DNA of 55,935 bases, taken from the IMG/VR virus record IMGVR_UViG_3300042391_000478, positions 1-55,935 of that record. The stretch is one strand, 5' to 3'. Shown here piece after piece: positions 17,113 through 26,516 of the stretch. Source of the stretch: a virus (Duplodnaviria; Caudoviricetes). Every line of letters starts with the position of its first letter. The first letter of the stretch is position 1. The notes under the pieces were generated by a model. It searched no databases, had not been told where the DNA came from, and saw only the letters and a program-made list of their open reading frames with translations. Both the position numbers and the translations under genes were made by a program.

Positions 17113-17778
17113 ATGACAGAAAGTAACTGGGAAGCACGTAAAGAAGTATCAGCATACCACTTTGATAATAAAATTACGGATCCTCGATGGGATTGTGTAA
17201 TTGGACTAGGTAGAATTAACATTGATTGTGCAGACGAAGTAGCACAAGTAATAGAAAGTGCTAAACCTGTAACATGGCGCACACGAGGTCGTACTAGTAA
17301 CAGTAGACCTGAAGAAGAATATGCACAAGAAGAATTTGATTTAACAACAGCTGGCGCAGACGTTGATTTAAAAATTGCAAATTTTGAATACAATCTAACT
17401 CCTAAGTTCCAACAGATTTGTGAACTCATCGGGTTAGAAGATCGTGAAGATCGAGTTCACGTTCAATGGCCTGGACAAGTGTTTAATTTACACATTGATA
17501 AGTTAGAAAAATTTAATGAAGCACAACCCAATAAAATAATGCGTATAATGATACAACTAACTGATTGGGAACCGGGACACTTTGCTGCGTATGGCAATTT
17601 TTTGCATACACATTGGCGTAAAGGTGATGTGTTTACATTTGCATGGAAGCATGTTCCCCATGCCAGCGCCAATGCTAGTTTACTTCCTAGAGTATCAATA
17701 GTCACTACAGGTACCGTTGGAGAGAAAACTAGGCAATTTTTGAGCACAGCAAGGCATACCAATGAGATTAAGCTATGA
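17113..17778 (+). CDS. 2OG-Fe(II) oxygenase, family B paralog 1
   Basis: YHFD, HVQWPGQVFNLHID, DWEPGH, W.KGD, PHASAN, PR. Confidence 0.75.
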   Translation: MTESNWEARKEVSAYHFDNKITDPRWDCVIGLGRINIDCADEVAQVIESAKPVTWRTRGRTSNSRPEEEYAQEEFDLTTAGADVDLKIANFEYNLTPKFQQICELIGLEDREDRVHVQWPGQVFNLHIDKLEKFNEAQPNKIMRIMIQLTDWEPGHFAAYGNFLHTHWRKGDVFTFAWKHVPHASANASLLPRVSIVTTGTVGEKTRQFLSTARHTNEIKL

Positions 17779-18461
17779 TAGAAGAGTCAACAGAAATTAG
17801 TAATTGGGAATACACTAAAAAAACTAGTGCTTACCACTTTGACAATACCATTATAGATCATCGATGGGACGCACTACAAGGTGTAGGCAGATTTGAAGGC
17901 GATTGGTCTGCTGAATTAGCAGAATCAATACAGACGGCTGAACCGGTAACATGGCGCACAAGACTTAACGGCACCTTTTCAAAAGAAAGTCCTATGATTG
18001 ATCAAGAAGAATATGACTTAATTAGTGCCGGGGCCGATCCTAATTTAATATTGTTACGGATGCAGCATAAGATTCCTGATATTTTTAAAAAGATGGCAGA
18101 CATTACTGGTGTAGAGAATCCTAAAATAAGGATACATGTACAATATCCTGGAGAAGTATTCACAACGCATATTGATAAATTAACGCCACAGGTTGTAATC
18201 AAAACAAACGCTGACAAAATTATAAGATTTGTAGTTTTTTTAACAGACTGGATGCCTGGACATTTTTATCAATTTGGAAATCAGAATGTACAAGGATGGA
18301 GAGCAGGCGATATTCACACCTTTGCATGGAAGCATGTTCCGCATTGCACTGCAAATGCTGGCCACACTCCGCGAGTAACACTTCAAATTACTGGTCAATT
18401 GACAATTAAAACTCAGGCATTTTTAGAAACTGCCGCTAACACAAGTGCGATAAAATTATGA
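17775..18461 (+). CDS. 2OG-Fe(II) oxygenase, family B paralog 2
   Basis: YHFD, HVQYPGEVFTTHID, DWMPGH, PHCTAN, PRVTLQITG. Confidence 0.75.
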   Translation: MIEESTEISNWEYTKKTSAYHFDNTIIDHRWDALQGVGRFEGDWSAELAESIQTAEPVTWRTRLNGTFSKESPMIDQEEYDLISAGADPNLILLRMQHKIPDIFKKMADITGVENPKIRIHVQYPGEVFTTHIDKLTPQVVIKTNADKIIRFVVFLTDWMPGHFYQFGNQNVQGWRAGDIHTFAWKHVPHCTANAGHTPRVTLQITGQLTIKTQAFLETAANTSAIKL

Positions 18462-19333
18462 TATTAGAAAATTTTGATTTTGAAAATTACCAAGGCGAAG
18501 ACCTTATTATAGCAACTGGTGCGCCTGGTTCTAAATGGAGCGGGCTGCTGAATGCTATATCATTCCATAACGATGTAAACGATGAAGATAAAGCAGATCA
18601 TCGAAAATATTTCATTTATTATGAACAAGCCGACACCGGCCAAATTTTAAAAATGGGTTGGCATTTCGGTGTATACTTTGGACCAGATAATGAATATGGT
18701 CACAAATTTGACAATCTTAAATCTATATCTAAAGAAGATATGGTTAGAGAATTTGCTAAACCTTACAAGACCTGGGACGGAATTAAGATTATTAAAAGTC
18801 ATTGGTTTGCATATGATTTAGATACACTGACAAAATATTTTCCCAAGGCAAAAATTATAGTAGTATGGGCACCTGATGAAAGTTGTTTTGATTGGTGGAC
18901 ACACCTTGGAGGTTGGGATATCAGCTTCCCCGTGTATACCTGGTACAACAACGATACTAGGATGCAGGAAAAGGTAAGAGAAGAAAATGCTTATATACTT
19001 AAATTTGTATTTGAAAAGAATTTAAAAATATCAAAGGGTAACATTAAAGAAGTGTGCAATATGTTAGGGTTAACTTCGGACACTAATTCATTTAAAAACT
19101 TCGATCCAAATGATCTATCAAAGAATGTATCTCGAGACCCGCTCTACCACGCAGATTTAGGAGCAACCGGATCGTTAAGTCAGCTAATTGGAAGCACATT
19201 ATTTGCAATTTATAATCCAACTACTCATGTTGATGATCATCCAGTGTTGCGGTTGATTGACAATGCGTTTGCCAAACGATCAGTACACAGTATAGACACA
19301 CTAATTCCACTAGGAAAAAATTATGAAGTTTGA
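18458..19333 (+). CDS. P-loop/sulfotransferase-like protein, GAPGS family paralog 2
   Basis: TGAPGSKWS, GVYFGP, KSHWF, WW..LGGWDI.FP.Y. Confidence 0.55.
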   Translation: MILENFDFENYQGEDLIIATGAPGSKWSGLLNAISFHNDVNDEDKADHRKYFIYYEQADTGQILKMGWHFGVYFGPDNEYGHKFDNLKSISKEDMVREFAKPYKTWDGIKIIKSHWFAYDLDTLTKYFPKAKIIVVWAPDESCFDWWTHLGGWDISFPVYTWYNNDTRMQEKVREENAYILKFVFEKNLKISKGNIKEVCNMLGLTSDTNSFKNFDPNDLSKNVSRDPLYHADLGATGSLSQLIGSTLFAIYNPTTHVDDHPVLRLIDNAFAKRSVHSIDTLIPLGKNYEV

Positions 19334-20120
19334 TAATAATTTTTACGAAGAATACATGAGTATTAAAACAAAGGCTCCTGTAACAAAAGACGGATTTGAC
19401 AGCTTATACGAATACTGTCGAGCTACTAGCCACTATCACTTTGATAACTCTATAAAAGATGATAGAACAACTACCTGTGAAAATCTCCTATACATACCGT
19501 TATGCAATTTCACTGGTGACTGGTCTAACGAAATAGCTGAGATGACTGGCATGGCAAAGCCATTTACTTTTGATTTACGTGGACAGCCGCGCTTACAAAA
19601 TAACAACAGCATGGAACGCAATGACTTTGATAAATGGGGATATGTTACCGACGGGGATCAGCCTTACGTTGTGTTAAATAGAGCAAAAACAGAAGTTATA
19701 GGCAAACTACAAAAAATTGCAGATCTATTTCACTTAACATACCCACAAGTTGTGCGATACGATGTACAACTACCCGGTCAAATGTTTTATTATCATATTG
19801 ATAACTTTGGTGCTTTACTAAAAAGTAAACGAGGTGACTATGAAAGATTTGCAGATTGTGATTACGATCAACGTAAAATGATACGCTTAATTGTATTTTT
19901 AGAAGATCAGCAACCAGGGCATATATGGCAACAAGGTAATGAATACTTATCTTGGAAGAAAGGTGATTGTTTTACATGGCCGTGGAAAGACATACCTCAC
20001 GGTACCGCAAATTGTGGCCATACACCGAGGCCAACACTAAATATTACTGGAATGCTAACTGATAAAAGTTACGAAGTGTTAAAGAATTTTCCTAAAAGTA
20101 TAAATGTAGATGAACTGTGA
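19323..20120 (+). CDS. 2OG-Fe(II) oxygenase, family B paralog 3
   Basis: YHFD, VQLPGQMFYYHID, QPGH, WKKGD, PHGTAN, PRPTLNITG. Confidence 0.75.
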   Translation: MKFDNNFYEEYMSIKTKAPVTKDGFDSLYEYCRATSHYHFDNSIKDDRTTTCENLLYIPLCNFTGDWSNEIAEMTGMAKPFTFDLRGQPRLQNNNSMERNDFDKWGYVTDGDQPYVVLNRAKTEVIGKLQKIADLFHLTYPQVVRYDVQLPGQMFYYHIDNFGALLKSKRGDYERFADCDYDQRKMIRLIVFLEDQQPGHIWQQGNEYLSWKKGDCFTWPWKDIPHGTANCGHTPRPTLNITGMLTDKSYEVLKNFPKSINVDEL

Positions 20121-20754
20121 ACTATTAGAAACAATCAAAGGTGCCTTTGATTCTCAAATAAAAAATACATACGAGTTACGAGACGATGACTCTAGAGAAG
20201 CTTTTTTAAAAAAGATTGTAGAAAAATATCCCGTAAACGGTAAACCTATGATTGAAGAGATTAATAGTAGTAATCCGTCTCTAGTAATTGATTTAGGTTG
20301 TGGATTAAATCAATATAAAAATGTTATTAACAATCTAGTGGGAATTGATATTATTGGGGTACGGGAAGATATTACAGCAGACATTAGCGATTTGTCTGTA
20401 CACTTTGCAGACCATACTGCCGATGTAGTTCTAGCACTTGGTAGTATTAACTTTGGAACTGACGATACAATTTCACAGCAATTGGCAGAAGTAAAACGCT
20501 TGCTAAAGCCCGGTGGTGTAGCTTACTTTAGAGCTAATCAAAACGACCACGATAAAGATCATCAAGGTACATTACGATATTACGATTGGTCTACTGAAAG
20601 AGTAATAGAATGGTCCAACAAATTCAACTTTGAAATAGTAGGAGAAGTTGAATTAAAAGAAGGAAGAGCTGGAGTAAATGATCGAATGAATCGAGAATTT
20701 GTTGCAAAGAAACGATCTAATATTAGATTATTTTGGAAATGGAAATCAATATGA
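20110..20754 (+). CDS. SAM methyltransferase, family C paralog 2
   Basis: VIDLGCGLNQYK, GID, ADVVLALGSINF, LKPGG, FRAN. Confidence 0.8.
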   Translation: MNCELLETIKGAFDSQIKNTYELRDDDSREAFLKKIVEKYPVNGKPMIEEINSSNPSLVIDLGCGLNQYKNVINNLVGIDIIGVREDITADISDLSVHFADHTADVVLALGSINFGTDDTISQQLAEVKRLLKPGGVAYFRANQNDHDKDHQGTLRYYDWSTERVIEWSNKFNFEIVGEVELKEGRAGVNDRMNREFVAKKRSNIRLFWKWKSI

Positions 20755-21302
20755 CAAAAGTGTTTGTGTTCGGTGCACCTGGTAGTGGCACACTAAAAGT
20801 ATCTGAAGAATTATACTCTAGAGACGATTTTAAAAAAATATTTAAAAATGATCCCATCTATAAAAGAGCATCGTTTCCTAAAGATATTAAATGGGCAGAT
20901 GTACAGCCAGTACTTGATGATAATTATCAAGAAGGACAACTAGAACAATATGAAATTGCTAGCGGTTGGTGGCTTTACAAATATTACCATAAAATAATTG
21001 CCACTTACCCTGATGCAATTATTATTTGTGTTAGTAGAAACAGTCAAGAGTCTCTATGTACTATTGGTGTTAATGGCAGCTCTTACGAAGCTATCGAAAA
21101 TCATGGTGGCGAAGATGCTTACCGAAAACAAATAATAACAGCTGATGTTGAAATATCTAATATAGCAGCGTCATTAAATGCCGACTGGAAATATGTACAT
21201 AGCGATGAAACTATTTTTGATAAAGAATTTAACTGCATTAATTCAAAAGACGAGTCGCTAGCTAAGCCAGCAACAATTAAAATTGCAGTGGGTAATTTAT
21301 AA
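20751..21302 (+). CDS. Divergent GAPGS P-loop/sulfotransferase-like protein
   Basis: VFVFGAPGSGT, YPDAIIICVSRN. Confidence 0.5.
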   Translation: MTKVFVFGAPGSGTLKVSEELYSRDDFKKIFKNDPIYKRASFPKDIKWADVQPVLDDNYQEGQLEQYEIASGWWLYKYYHKIIATYPDAIIICVSRNSQESLCTIGVNGSSYEAIENHGGEDAYRKQIITADVEISNIAASLNADWKYVHSDETIFDKEFNCINSKDESLAKPATIKIAVGNL

Positions 21303-21904
21303 TGGATCCGTTAGATCTAGCTAAAAAATTTAATCCTGCTACTTGGGACGGATTCATGGCGTTCCAACATTACACCCACAGTGGAATGAACTTGATTGAT
21401 GAAGTGAATTCGCTAGATGCCGACTTAGTAATTGATGTAGGTTGCGGACATAATAGATTCAAAGGGCATATTAAAAATTTAATTGGATTCGATCCGCAAC
21501 CGTTTCCAATGGCAGACATTCAGTCAGATATCGCTAGCATTAACTTTAGACCGGAATCAGCTGATGCATTACTAGTACTAGGCAGTATTCAATTCGGCAC
21601 TAGAGAAAATGTAAAACAAAATTTAGATAAAGTAGTTACTTGGCTTAAACCGGGTGGCTATATTGTTATGCGTACACTGTATCAGTTTGATACAAATGCA
21701 ATACCATACGCGGATGTACACTATGCATGGACAGATAAGGATATTGAAGAATTTGGTTCTAGTAATAATTTAACAATAATTAAAGGACCGTTCGTAGATC
21801 AGGCGCCAAAATCGAGCAGATTAGTATGGTGGTGGCAAAAAGAAGGCACACTTAAAAAATATTCAATTGACCCGTTAACTTGCAATAGGATAGAACGTAC
21901 ATGA
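21302..21904 (+). CDS. SAM methyltransferase, family C paralog 3
   Basis: VIDVGCGHNRFK, GFDP, LGSIQF, LKPGG. Confidence 0.8.
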   Translation: MDPLDLAKKFNPATWDGFMAFQHYTHSGMNLIDEVNSLDADLVIDVGCGHNRFKGHIKNLIGFDPQPFPMADIQSDIASINFRPESADALLVLGSIQFGTRENVKQNLDKVVTWLKPGGYIVMRTLYQFDTNAIPYADVHYAWTDKDIEEFGSSNNLTIIKGPFVDQAPKSSRLVWWWQKEGTLKKYSIDPLTCNRIERT

Positions 21905-22878
21905 GTAAAAATTTAATTAGAGTTATCCCCCACGATGAATGGGTTGTTAAACAAAAAGCCCTGCAAGAAAAACAACATATATGGGATCAACAGTATCTAG
22001 CATATAAACGAGGAGAAGGACCAAAACCTACCTTTAGACATCCTAGAGACTGGTTTGATCCCGATACCGGCAAACCAAGCCGATGGCTTCATGGGAAAAC
22101 ATACGGCAACTACGATGAAACTAGATTCGGACCTGATCCCATTGATAGTGTTATTGATCGACTAGGAATATTTGAAGGTGTTGATTGGCAAGCTGAAATA
22201 GAATTTGCAGAAGCAAATAATTTTGGTCCAATAAATTTAATACAGCGAACTGGTACTCCTGAGCATATGGAAAAGACTAGTACGCATTATCCGCACAGTA
22301 TGGTTAATGATGCTGAAAAGATAGGATTAAAATTAGAAGATTTAATAATGTTCGACAGTGCCAAGCCCGGCGACGGTTGTAGACGTATTGGTAATTTTTT
22401 AGGATTAGATTTTGATCAGGCGCAAGAAGGCGCACAACGAGATTACGGATATGACAGTTTTCATATCCAGCGTCCAGGACAAGTATTAATGATGCATCAC
22501 GATATCTATAGTGCAGTAATACGTGATAAAGACCAAGAGCTTGCATGGCGCCCTGAAAAATTAAAACGATTTGTGATTTTTATGGAAGATTGGAAGCCTG
22601 GCCACATATGGAGTGTAGGTAATACTACATGGAGTCACTGGAGAGCAGGTGAATGTATCACATGGAATCATAATGATATGCCTCATGCAACTTGCAACCT
22701 ATCGAGCAAGTCTAGGTATAGCGTACACTTAACTGGATACCTAACAGAAAAAACTTGGAATTTTTATAATAAAGGCAATCATAACATGCGATATCGTCCT
22801 AGAGCAGACGGTCAGGCTGGATTTGATGCATTTCAAAAAAATGAAGACGGTACTGAAACCTTGATATATACTGCTTAA
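21901..22878 (+). CDS. 2OG-Fe(II) oxygenase, family B paralog 4 (N-terminally extended)
   Basis: HIQRPGQVLMMHHD, DWKPGH, WRAGE, PHATCN, RYSVHLTG. Confidence 0.75.
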   Translation: MSKNLIRVIPHDEWVVKQKALQEKQHIWDQQYLAYKRGEGPKPTFRHPRDWFDPDTGKPSRWLHGKTYGNYDETRFGPDPIDSVIDRLGIFEGVDWQAEIEFAEANNFGPINLIQRTGTPEHMEKTSTHYPHSMVNDAEKIGLKLEDLIMFDSAKPGDGCRRIGNFLGLDFDQAQEGAQRDYGYDSFHIQRPGQVLMMHHDIYSAVIRDKDQELAWRPEKLKRFVIFMEDWKPGHIWSVGNTTWSHWRAGECITWNHNDMPHATCNLSSKSRYSVHLTGYLTEKTWNFYNKGNHNMRYRPRADGQAGFDAFQKNEDGTETLIYTA

Positions 22879-22879
22879 T

Positions 22880-23560
22880 ATGAATAATAATTTTAAACTT
22901 GTTTTATGTACTGGCGCTCCTGGTTCGGCTTGGAGTATGATTTGTCAACGTATGCGACTTCAGATTGCAGGCTTTGATATGTCGGATCAAAGCCCCGACA
23001 GAATGTACAAAATGCCAATTGAGCATACTAAAGATTATACTGTGACTGACGATACGTGGAAATCCTATACTCATAACGGTGCGTACTTTGGGCCGCATCA
23101 CGAATTTGGTAACACATTTGATAATTTGGCAGAGTGTGATACTAACGAGTTTGTTAGTGAGTGTCTTAAGCCTTTTAGTGATGCAACTAAACCGTTGAAG
23201 CAGATTAAAAGCCATTGGTTTGCCTACAACTTAGATTGGATCTGGGATAACTGTAAAGGCCAAGATTTATTGTTAGTGTGGCGCGGTGCCCAGGAATGTA
23301 AAGATTGGTGGTATCATATGGGCGGCTTTGGTATCTATTATCCCATTTATAAATGGTACGAAAATGATGAACGTATGTGGGAAAAAATGCAAGAAGAAAC
23401 AAATAACATTTGGGACTTTGCAGAGAGAAAGGGATTGAAATGGGATAACTATAGTACAGACTGGGTCACTGATCGTTTTCCAAATGCAACGACCCAACAG
23501 TTTAAAGCAGAACCTAATATAGCAGACACAATTAAAGTTTGCTATACAACAATTATTTAA
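22880..23560 (+). CDS. P-loop/sulfotransferase-like protein, GAPGS family paralog 3
   Basis: TGAPGSAWS, GAYFGP, KSHWF, WW..MGGF.I.YP.Y. Confidence 0.55.
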   Translation: MNNNFKLVLCTGAPGSAWSMICQRMRLQIAGFDMSDQSPDRMYKMPIEHTKDYTVTDDTWKSYTHNGAYFGPHHEFGNTFDNLAECDTNEFVSECLKPFSDATKPLKQIKSHWFAYNLDWIWDNCKGQDLLLVWRGAQECKDWWYHMGGFGIYYPIYKWYENDERMWEKMQEETNNIWDFAERKGLKWDNYSTDWVTDRFPNATTQQFKAEPNIADTIKVCYTTII

Positions 23561-23571
23561 GGAATTTAATT

Positions 23572-24159
23572 ATGAGAATGTATATTGTAGCCGGAGTCGT
23601 TGGTTCCGGAATTACCGAAGTAGTTGGTCAATTATGGGAGGACCTATTCTCTAGAGGATTTAGATCTTCAAGAATAGTATATGGTCGCAGCGATCGTGTT
23701 GATTTTAATTCAACAGAAACTGCCGACGAGTTTATTGCAACAATCGAACAAGATCTTCTTAATCGCGCCAACACTACTGATATTATTATTACAGGAAGTT
23801 TGGCGGCAAAATATCACAGAGAAATTAGAGCAAACTGGCCAGACGAATCAATAATTATATTTGTAAGAAAATCAAATGAACAGCGAGGTATTGAAGCTGG
23901 GTTATGTCTGCTAGAGACCCATACATCATACGACAGAGAATCGTATGCAGAATTTATAAGGATTCAATTAGACGCATTAGATCAGTCAGTTGAACAGATG
24001 AACGCTGCGTGGGTTGACGTTGATGTTAGTAACATGTTTACAGTCGACACTGAAAAGTTATCAGAAAGTGACAACATGACACCTAATCTATTTTTAGTCA
24101 ATGAGTATACTGGTCCAAAATCAGCAGATTGTGTATTACGACAACTTGCAATTTATTAA
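23572..24159 (+). CDS. Divergent P-loop/sulfotransferase-like protein
   Basis: IVAGVVGSG, WPDESIIIFVRK. AAGGA SD. Confidence 0.45.
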   Translation: MRMYIVAGVVGSGITEVVGQLWEDLFSRGFRSSRIVYGRSDRVDFNSTETADEFIATIEQDLLNRANTTDIIITGSLAAKYHREIRANWPDESIIIFVRKSNEQRGIEAGLCLLETHTSYDRESYAEFIRIQLDALDQSVEQMNAAWVDVDVSNMFTVDTEKLSESDNMTPNLFLVNEYTGPKSADCVLRQLAIY

Positions 24160-24980
24160 TTTTTTAACAGCAATTTATAATTTTCATCTATTGCAGTTGC
24201 ATTAATAAAACTTTTAATTAAGTCAATATCCAGATTGTCCCATGTTACATTTATGTAACTGGGACTTTCTTTTATGCGTTCAGCATGTTGCGCTGTAAGC
24301 AGACTAGAAACGTAAGATTTATACTCATCATCTAAATCTTCAGTATATTCTAACTGTTGTTTATTTTCCCAAGCCCAGAAATCTCTATAAGTAGGCTCAA
24401 TATTTTTTAATGATGTAGTTGACCGCACTTCTACTAATTCATCTAATAGCCTTGCATGGTCATTAATGTATAACGGTTTAAGATTTTTATTCTCAATTGT
24501 TATTGGAAATAATGCAGTTGTTTTTAAATATCGATCGATAACATACTCTATATCTAAATCAACTAAGTTAATAACTTTAGCATTTGGGAATCTAGATAAA
24601 ACGTAATCAGCTGTATCATGTAACACCCATACTAAAGATTTATCACTATTGATAATATTATCTGCACCTGCTGCAGTCATTTGATTATTCCAAACTGTAG
24701 AATAGAACGTGTCTAAATCATCTGTATTCCAAAATCGTTCAATTCGTTCGCCGACTAACGGAATCATGTTAGTTGCAGTTCTTCTATCAAAATGGAACGA
24801 GCTAATATCTTTACCTTTAACTACATCGCTAGGAAATATCCTCCACGGATATTTCCCGTTACGTATGGCTTCGTACCAAAATACATTATCAAAGCAACAT
24901 AGGATACGTCCTAATCGATATCCTCCGCCTGCCGGACTTGCTAATATAAAAATTAATTTATCGCTATCAGTATAATTCAT
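24156..24980 (-). CDS. Sulfotransferase-like protein
   Basis: IFILASPAGGGYRL N-terminal loop, LHD, FPNAKVINLV. Confidence 0.45.
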   Translation of the reverse strand: MNYTDSDKLIFILASPAGGGYRLGRILCCFDNVFWYEAIRNGKYPWRIFPSDVVKGKDISSFHFDRRTATNMIPLVGERIERFWNTDDLDTFYSTVWNNQMTAAGADNIINSDKSLVWVLHDTADYVLSRFPNAKVINLVDLDIEYVIDRYLKTTALFPITIENKNLKPLYINDHARLLDELVEVRSTTSLKNIEPTYRDFWAWENKQQLEYTEDLDDEYKSYVSSLLTAQHAERIKESPSYINVTWDNLDIDLIKSFINATAIDENYKLLLKN

Positions 24981-25557
24981 TTCTACTCCTAAACCCTTCT
25001 CGGGCTGTAAAATACGTTTCTAAATTCAAATTCCATACACTCTGCTCAGTGTCAAATAATATAACTTTTTCTTCTAGACAAGATACTAAACCTTGTTTTT
25101 CTAATAATTGGAATACTCGATGACTCTTACTCATAGAAGCAATACCGTCCGGATTACTCCAATTAGTTGTAACTACAAATTTTGTAGCATTAGCTTTTTT
25201 AGCCCACTCTATTTCTAACGGTACATGATAGTAGAACGGTAGTGACGACATGTGAGTCTTGCTGACAATACCAAATAAATTTCTATATTCTGGCAATTCT
25301 ACTCCTCTAAACAATAGCCTAAAAATATCATGACCCACTTGCGGTAAAGGATGACATCCACTTAACCCGATTAACATATCATCTAAGTACGTTAGATAAA
25401 ACTGGCCTCCGTTATCAATGCACCAGTCTAATTTCATAGCTCGCAAAGAACTGTTATTATGGTAACCTAGCCGGCGACACTTAAAACAAAAATCTTCTAA
25501 ATCTGCTCTATGGGCAGAGTCATAGACGTAAGTAGTTACCCTTTCTTCGGAGACCAT
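24967..25557 (-). CDS. GNAT-like acyltransferase
   Basis: YL....LIGLSGCH, RLLFRG..LPEYR, TTN. GNAT-type strand pattern. Confidence 0.55.
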   Translation of the reverse strand: MVSEERVTTYVYDSAHRADLEDFCFKCRRLGYHNNSSLRAMKLDWCIDNGGQFYLTYLDDMLIGLSGCHPLPQVGHDIFRLLFRGVELPEYRNLFGIVSKTHMSSLPFYYHVPLEIEWAKKANATKFVVTTNWSNPDGIASMSKSHRVFQLLEKQGLVSCLEEKVILFDTEQSVWNLNLETYFTAREGFRSRNELY

Positions 25558-26264
25558 ATGTCAATTACCTTGTTAGTTCTTCCAGTATAGTATAACACAT
25601 TATTTTGTAAAAATACACAATCTTTAGTATGGTACCAGTCGTCGTATATAGATATGTCGCCGTTTACAACTAGTTCACCGTTTACGATTTTCCAATCGCA
25701 ATAAAATCTATCACCTAACACAGTTGCATTAGCTATAGTAGTAGAATGCACATCCTCAACAGTTTTAAATACTTTGTTTATCGCAATTGGTCCGATTTCG
25801 CTCATCCCCCAGTTGGTCATAACAGTTGCGCCTCTTTCTACAAAGGCAGTAACAATATCAGCGGTTACAGGATCTGCGCCAATAGTGACCCAAATACCTG
25901 TTAAGTCTAAATTTTGAAAACCTTTGGTCAACATGATAGCTTTTGCATGTAACGGTGTAATATGGGTATGAGTATAATTTTTAATGACTCGAACAAACTC
26001 CCATGCATTAAATTTAACAATGTCAACTTGAGCTCCTATACTCAATGCTGGTAAGGTCTGCGCCAGCAGTCCGCCCGCATGGGTAGTCTTACAGCAGGTA
26101 TAAATTTTACTATTGATAGTAATTTGTTGAGCTTCTAATGCCACCCGACACGCAGCCTGAAGTTTTTCCGGAGTTTGGAAATAAGGTGCTGGCTGTCCGC
26201 TAGTTCCCGAACTGTATATAGTAATACCATTTTCCAAAATATATTCGTAATCGATAAGATTCAT
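25536..26264 (-). CDS. Minimal adenylate-forming (ANL/AMP-binding) enzyme
   Basis: YSSGTSGQP (A3), WGMSEIG (A5), WYHTKD (A7), YTGR (A8). Only 242 aa. Confidence 0.8.
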   Translation of the reverse strand: MNLIDYEYILENGITIYSSGTSGQPAPYFQTPEKLQAACRVALEAQQITINSKIYTCCKTTHAGGLLAQTLPALSIGAQVDIVKFNAWEFVRVIKNYTHTHITPLHAKAIMLTKGFQNLDLTGIWVTIGADPVTADIVTAFVERGATVMTNWGMSEIGPIAINKVFKTVEDVHSTTIANATVLGDRFYCDWKIVNGELVVNGDISIYDDWYHTKDCVFLQNNVLYYTGRTNKVIDIWSPKKG

Positions 26265-26266
26265 TG

Positions 26267-26295
26267 TTGACAGCCAGTTCTAAAAAAGTTATAAT
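26267..26295 (+). promoter_or_regulatory. sigma70 consensus promoter at the right edge of the island
   Basis: TTGACA (26267-26272) N17 TATAAT (26290-26295). TAAATA motifs on - (26298-26303) and + (26311-26316) follow. Confidence 0.85.
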
Positions 26296-26330
26296 AGTAT
26301 TTAATTGAAGTAAATACACTTAATATCTTT

Positions 26331-26516
26331 ATGAGCCAAACAATGGAAAATTTAACATTTAAAGTAGAAGAAATTTTTGAAGACATTCCGGGAGATCCGG
26401 ATAATGTTATGATGAAAATTCCTCCCGAGATATGTGAAGCTCAGGGATGGAAGGAAGGCGACACATTGAATATCAAAGTTGAGAATGGTGCAATCATAAT
26501 AAGCAAACATGGCTAA
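26331..26516 (+). CDS. AbrB/MazE/SpoVT-type DNA-binding protein
   Basis: MKIPPEICEAQGWKEGDTLNIKVENGAIIISK swapped-hairpin signature. Confidence 0.75.
   Translation: MSQTMENLTFKVEEIFEDIPGDPDNVMMKIPPEICEAQGWKEGDTLNIKVENGAIIISKHG

Noticed and set aside
7435-26264. RiPP cluster or DNA hypermodification cluster as a firm call
   Set aside because: No precursor peptide, radical SAM/YcaO enzyme, thymidylate-synthase-like gene or aGPT-Pplase gene is recognisable in the window, so the substrate cannot be assigned
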